A stretch of DNA of 64,000 nucleotides from Rotaria socialis (lineage: Eukaryota), in the NCBI GenBank assembly GCA_905331295.1, contig CAJNYD010000001.1:62001-126000 (forward strand), in the 5' to 3' direction. A model generated the notes under the pieces. The model did no database searches. It was not told the DNA's origin and was given only the letters and a program-made list of their open reading frames with translations. A program made the translations under genes and the position numbers. Below, piece by piece: positions 62,138 through 64,000 of the stretch; within the stretch, counting starts at the first letter, position 1; each line of letters starts with the position of its first letter.

Positions 62138-64000
62138 TTAAATTGATCGTCGAAAACATAACCAATCTTCTAAATGTTCTAGATGAGTTAGAACTAGTTC
62201 AGCAAAAAGAGAATTGACCCAAGCAAACCTAGAATGATTTGAAAATAGATATAGAAAACAAAAACCTTTCGTGAGAAATAATTTACCATCCGCGAGTAAA
62301 TTCGAATGGATTATTAACATTAAAACTTTCGTGCATAGAAAATGTATAAGCATGACTGACTTCTAGTCTTTGCCATATATAATCTAAATCTTTAATTGTA
62401 TTATTATTAATAATTGTTGTTAATCCTTCCATGATAATAGCCATTGGCCAAACATAATTTGCTGCTGTATGTTGACTTCCTATACCCGACACATTTTTAC
62501 CTTGAAAAAAATAAGGATTGCCTTTGGATAAAATAAATTGACGTGTTGATTGCATTAGTAGATTTGATGGATCATAAGGTGTTTTAAAACCTAAATAAGT
62601 TGCTGACAGAAGTGATGGTATATTAGCATCATCAATAAGTAAATGCTGAGAAAAACCATCAGTTTCAAATGCATAAATTTTTCCATATTTTTCATGATTA
62701 ACTGTTCCATATGTATTTATACCAGAAAGAATATCGACATGCAATTGAACAATCTAAATCATGGAAGAAAAACACTAGCATTGTAATTACTTGTTTACCA
62801 TAGGCTAGTTAAATTGTTTGATCTATCAAATATAATTAGGAATATAGAAAGAATATTTTTAAATGGATTCTATTAAAAATATTTGCAAATGTAATGATTC
62901 ATTTTTTATGATAAAACTGCATTTATATAATATTAATCAAAACCTTTTTAAATAATTATTTTGAATCTAAGATTAGCACGAATTGTTGATATGGTATTTC
63001 AACAGTTATAAAAGCATATCAGAGATTAGTCCAACTTTTGTTTTTACTCTTATTGTCCATAGACATCGCATGAGAATATATTAGAATATGATTTTTTTTT
63101 CCTAATCGTCTTGTTCACAATAATTAGGAAGATAAAAATGTAACTATGATTCTTGAAGATAATTCCATTCTGTTCAATATTTTAATTGAAGAATATTTCA
63201 TATTGCGCATACTAGAACTTATGAATTTTTCCTAAATACTGTATCTATAAATCGCACGTGTTTCAGTTTTTTTTCTTCTAAATTTAATTTAATTTAATTT
63301 AATTAACAAACTTCAATAAGTTAGTGTACATATGGCTAATACAAGCCTAATGGAGCAGAGGTAAATCTTACTCGTGTTAAATATACATACTTGGTTTAAA
63401 AGTGAAATTTGTTCAGGAAATAATTTTTTAATCATTTCCATTAATTGTTCTAAAACAACACATGCCATCATATTACTGGGTATAAGATAGCCATATTTTG
63501 TTGCATCATCACTTGGTCGAAAAGCGCTCCAAGTCATTCCTGTGTAAGCGACCTTAGAACCTTGATGATTATTATCTAATTCTGTATAACGATAAAGAGA
63601 AATTTCTGAATGATGTTGTTCAACAGTCATAATTTGAATTATAATTGAAATAGCTTTTAACCATTGATGATTAAATATATTTGTTCGTTGACTTTTTTTC
63701 CACCAAAAATAACTCAAACGTACATGATAACATAAACTATCTAATTCATAGTTATGCATAGCAACATAAAGATTACGACCTTTCTGAACGTGTACTGGTT
63801 CAAGAGAATCATCAGACGGAGGGTTGGGACGAAGAGTTAAACGAAATGCACTTGCATATGGATTAGTAAAAATAAATTGAATTTGTCGACAAATCAGACC
63901 TTCAATTATACGCTGAATTTCGAAGTCTTGCCATAATGTTAAATATTGATGAACTTGGGCACTGAATTCAAATTTTTAATTAATCGTAATTTCTCAATGT
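62138..64000 (-). CDS. Glycoside hydrolase family 125 (DUF1237, exo-alpha-1,6-mannosidase-like), 5' end beyond the window (exons >64000-63391, 62753-62287, 62228-62138)
   Basis: YELDSL, WSAFRPSDDA, YLIPSNM, YAFETDG, DDANIPSLL, GIGSQHT, WPMA, MHESF, FTRGWFAWVNSLFAE. Confidence 0.9.

Overview
AT-rich, gene-dense eukaryotic (metazoan) DNA with many short GT-AG introns (about 50-65 nt). The mix of animal housekeeping genes with bacterial/fungal-type enzymes suggests a bdelloid rotifer (inference; no taxon given). The first ~5 kb holds a decayed ORF and nested non-autonomous DNA transposons. Genes I can reconstruct by hand, in order: ZFAND1 and PPP4R2 head-to-head; a mitochondrial-type small HSP with heat-shock elements; a 2-TM unknown; a secreted Gln/Pro-repeat + EGF + chitin-binding protein; a small orphan membrane protein; a VRK-family pseudokinase; FAM98; a DUF1772 protein; WDR19/IFT144 with an RFX X-box; a 55-aa microprotein candidate; a same-strand cluster (FKBP-TPR, GPX7-like, two alpha/beta hydrolases, atypical SDR); a 2.6-kb hAT-type element with a perfect 8-bp TSD; a six-exon amidated neuropeptide precursor largely missed by the ORF track; NDP kinase; and a GH125 mannosidase running off the window. 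The best leads are the neuropeptide precursor, the operon-like cluster of probable horizontally acquired enzymes with peroxisome/mitochondrion targeting signals, the VRK pseudokinase and the chitin-binding repeat protein. All gene models and family calls come from manual reading and recalled motifs, not from database searches.
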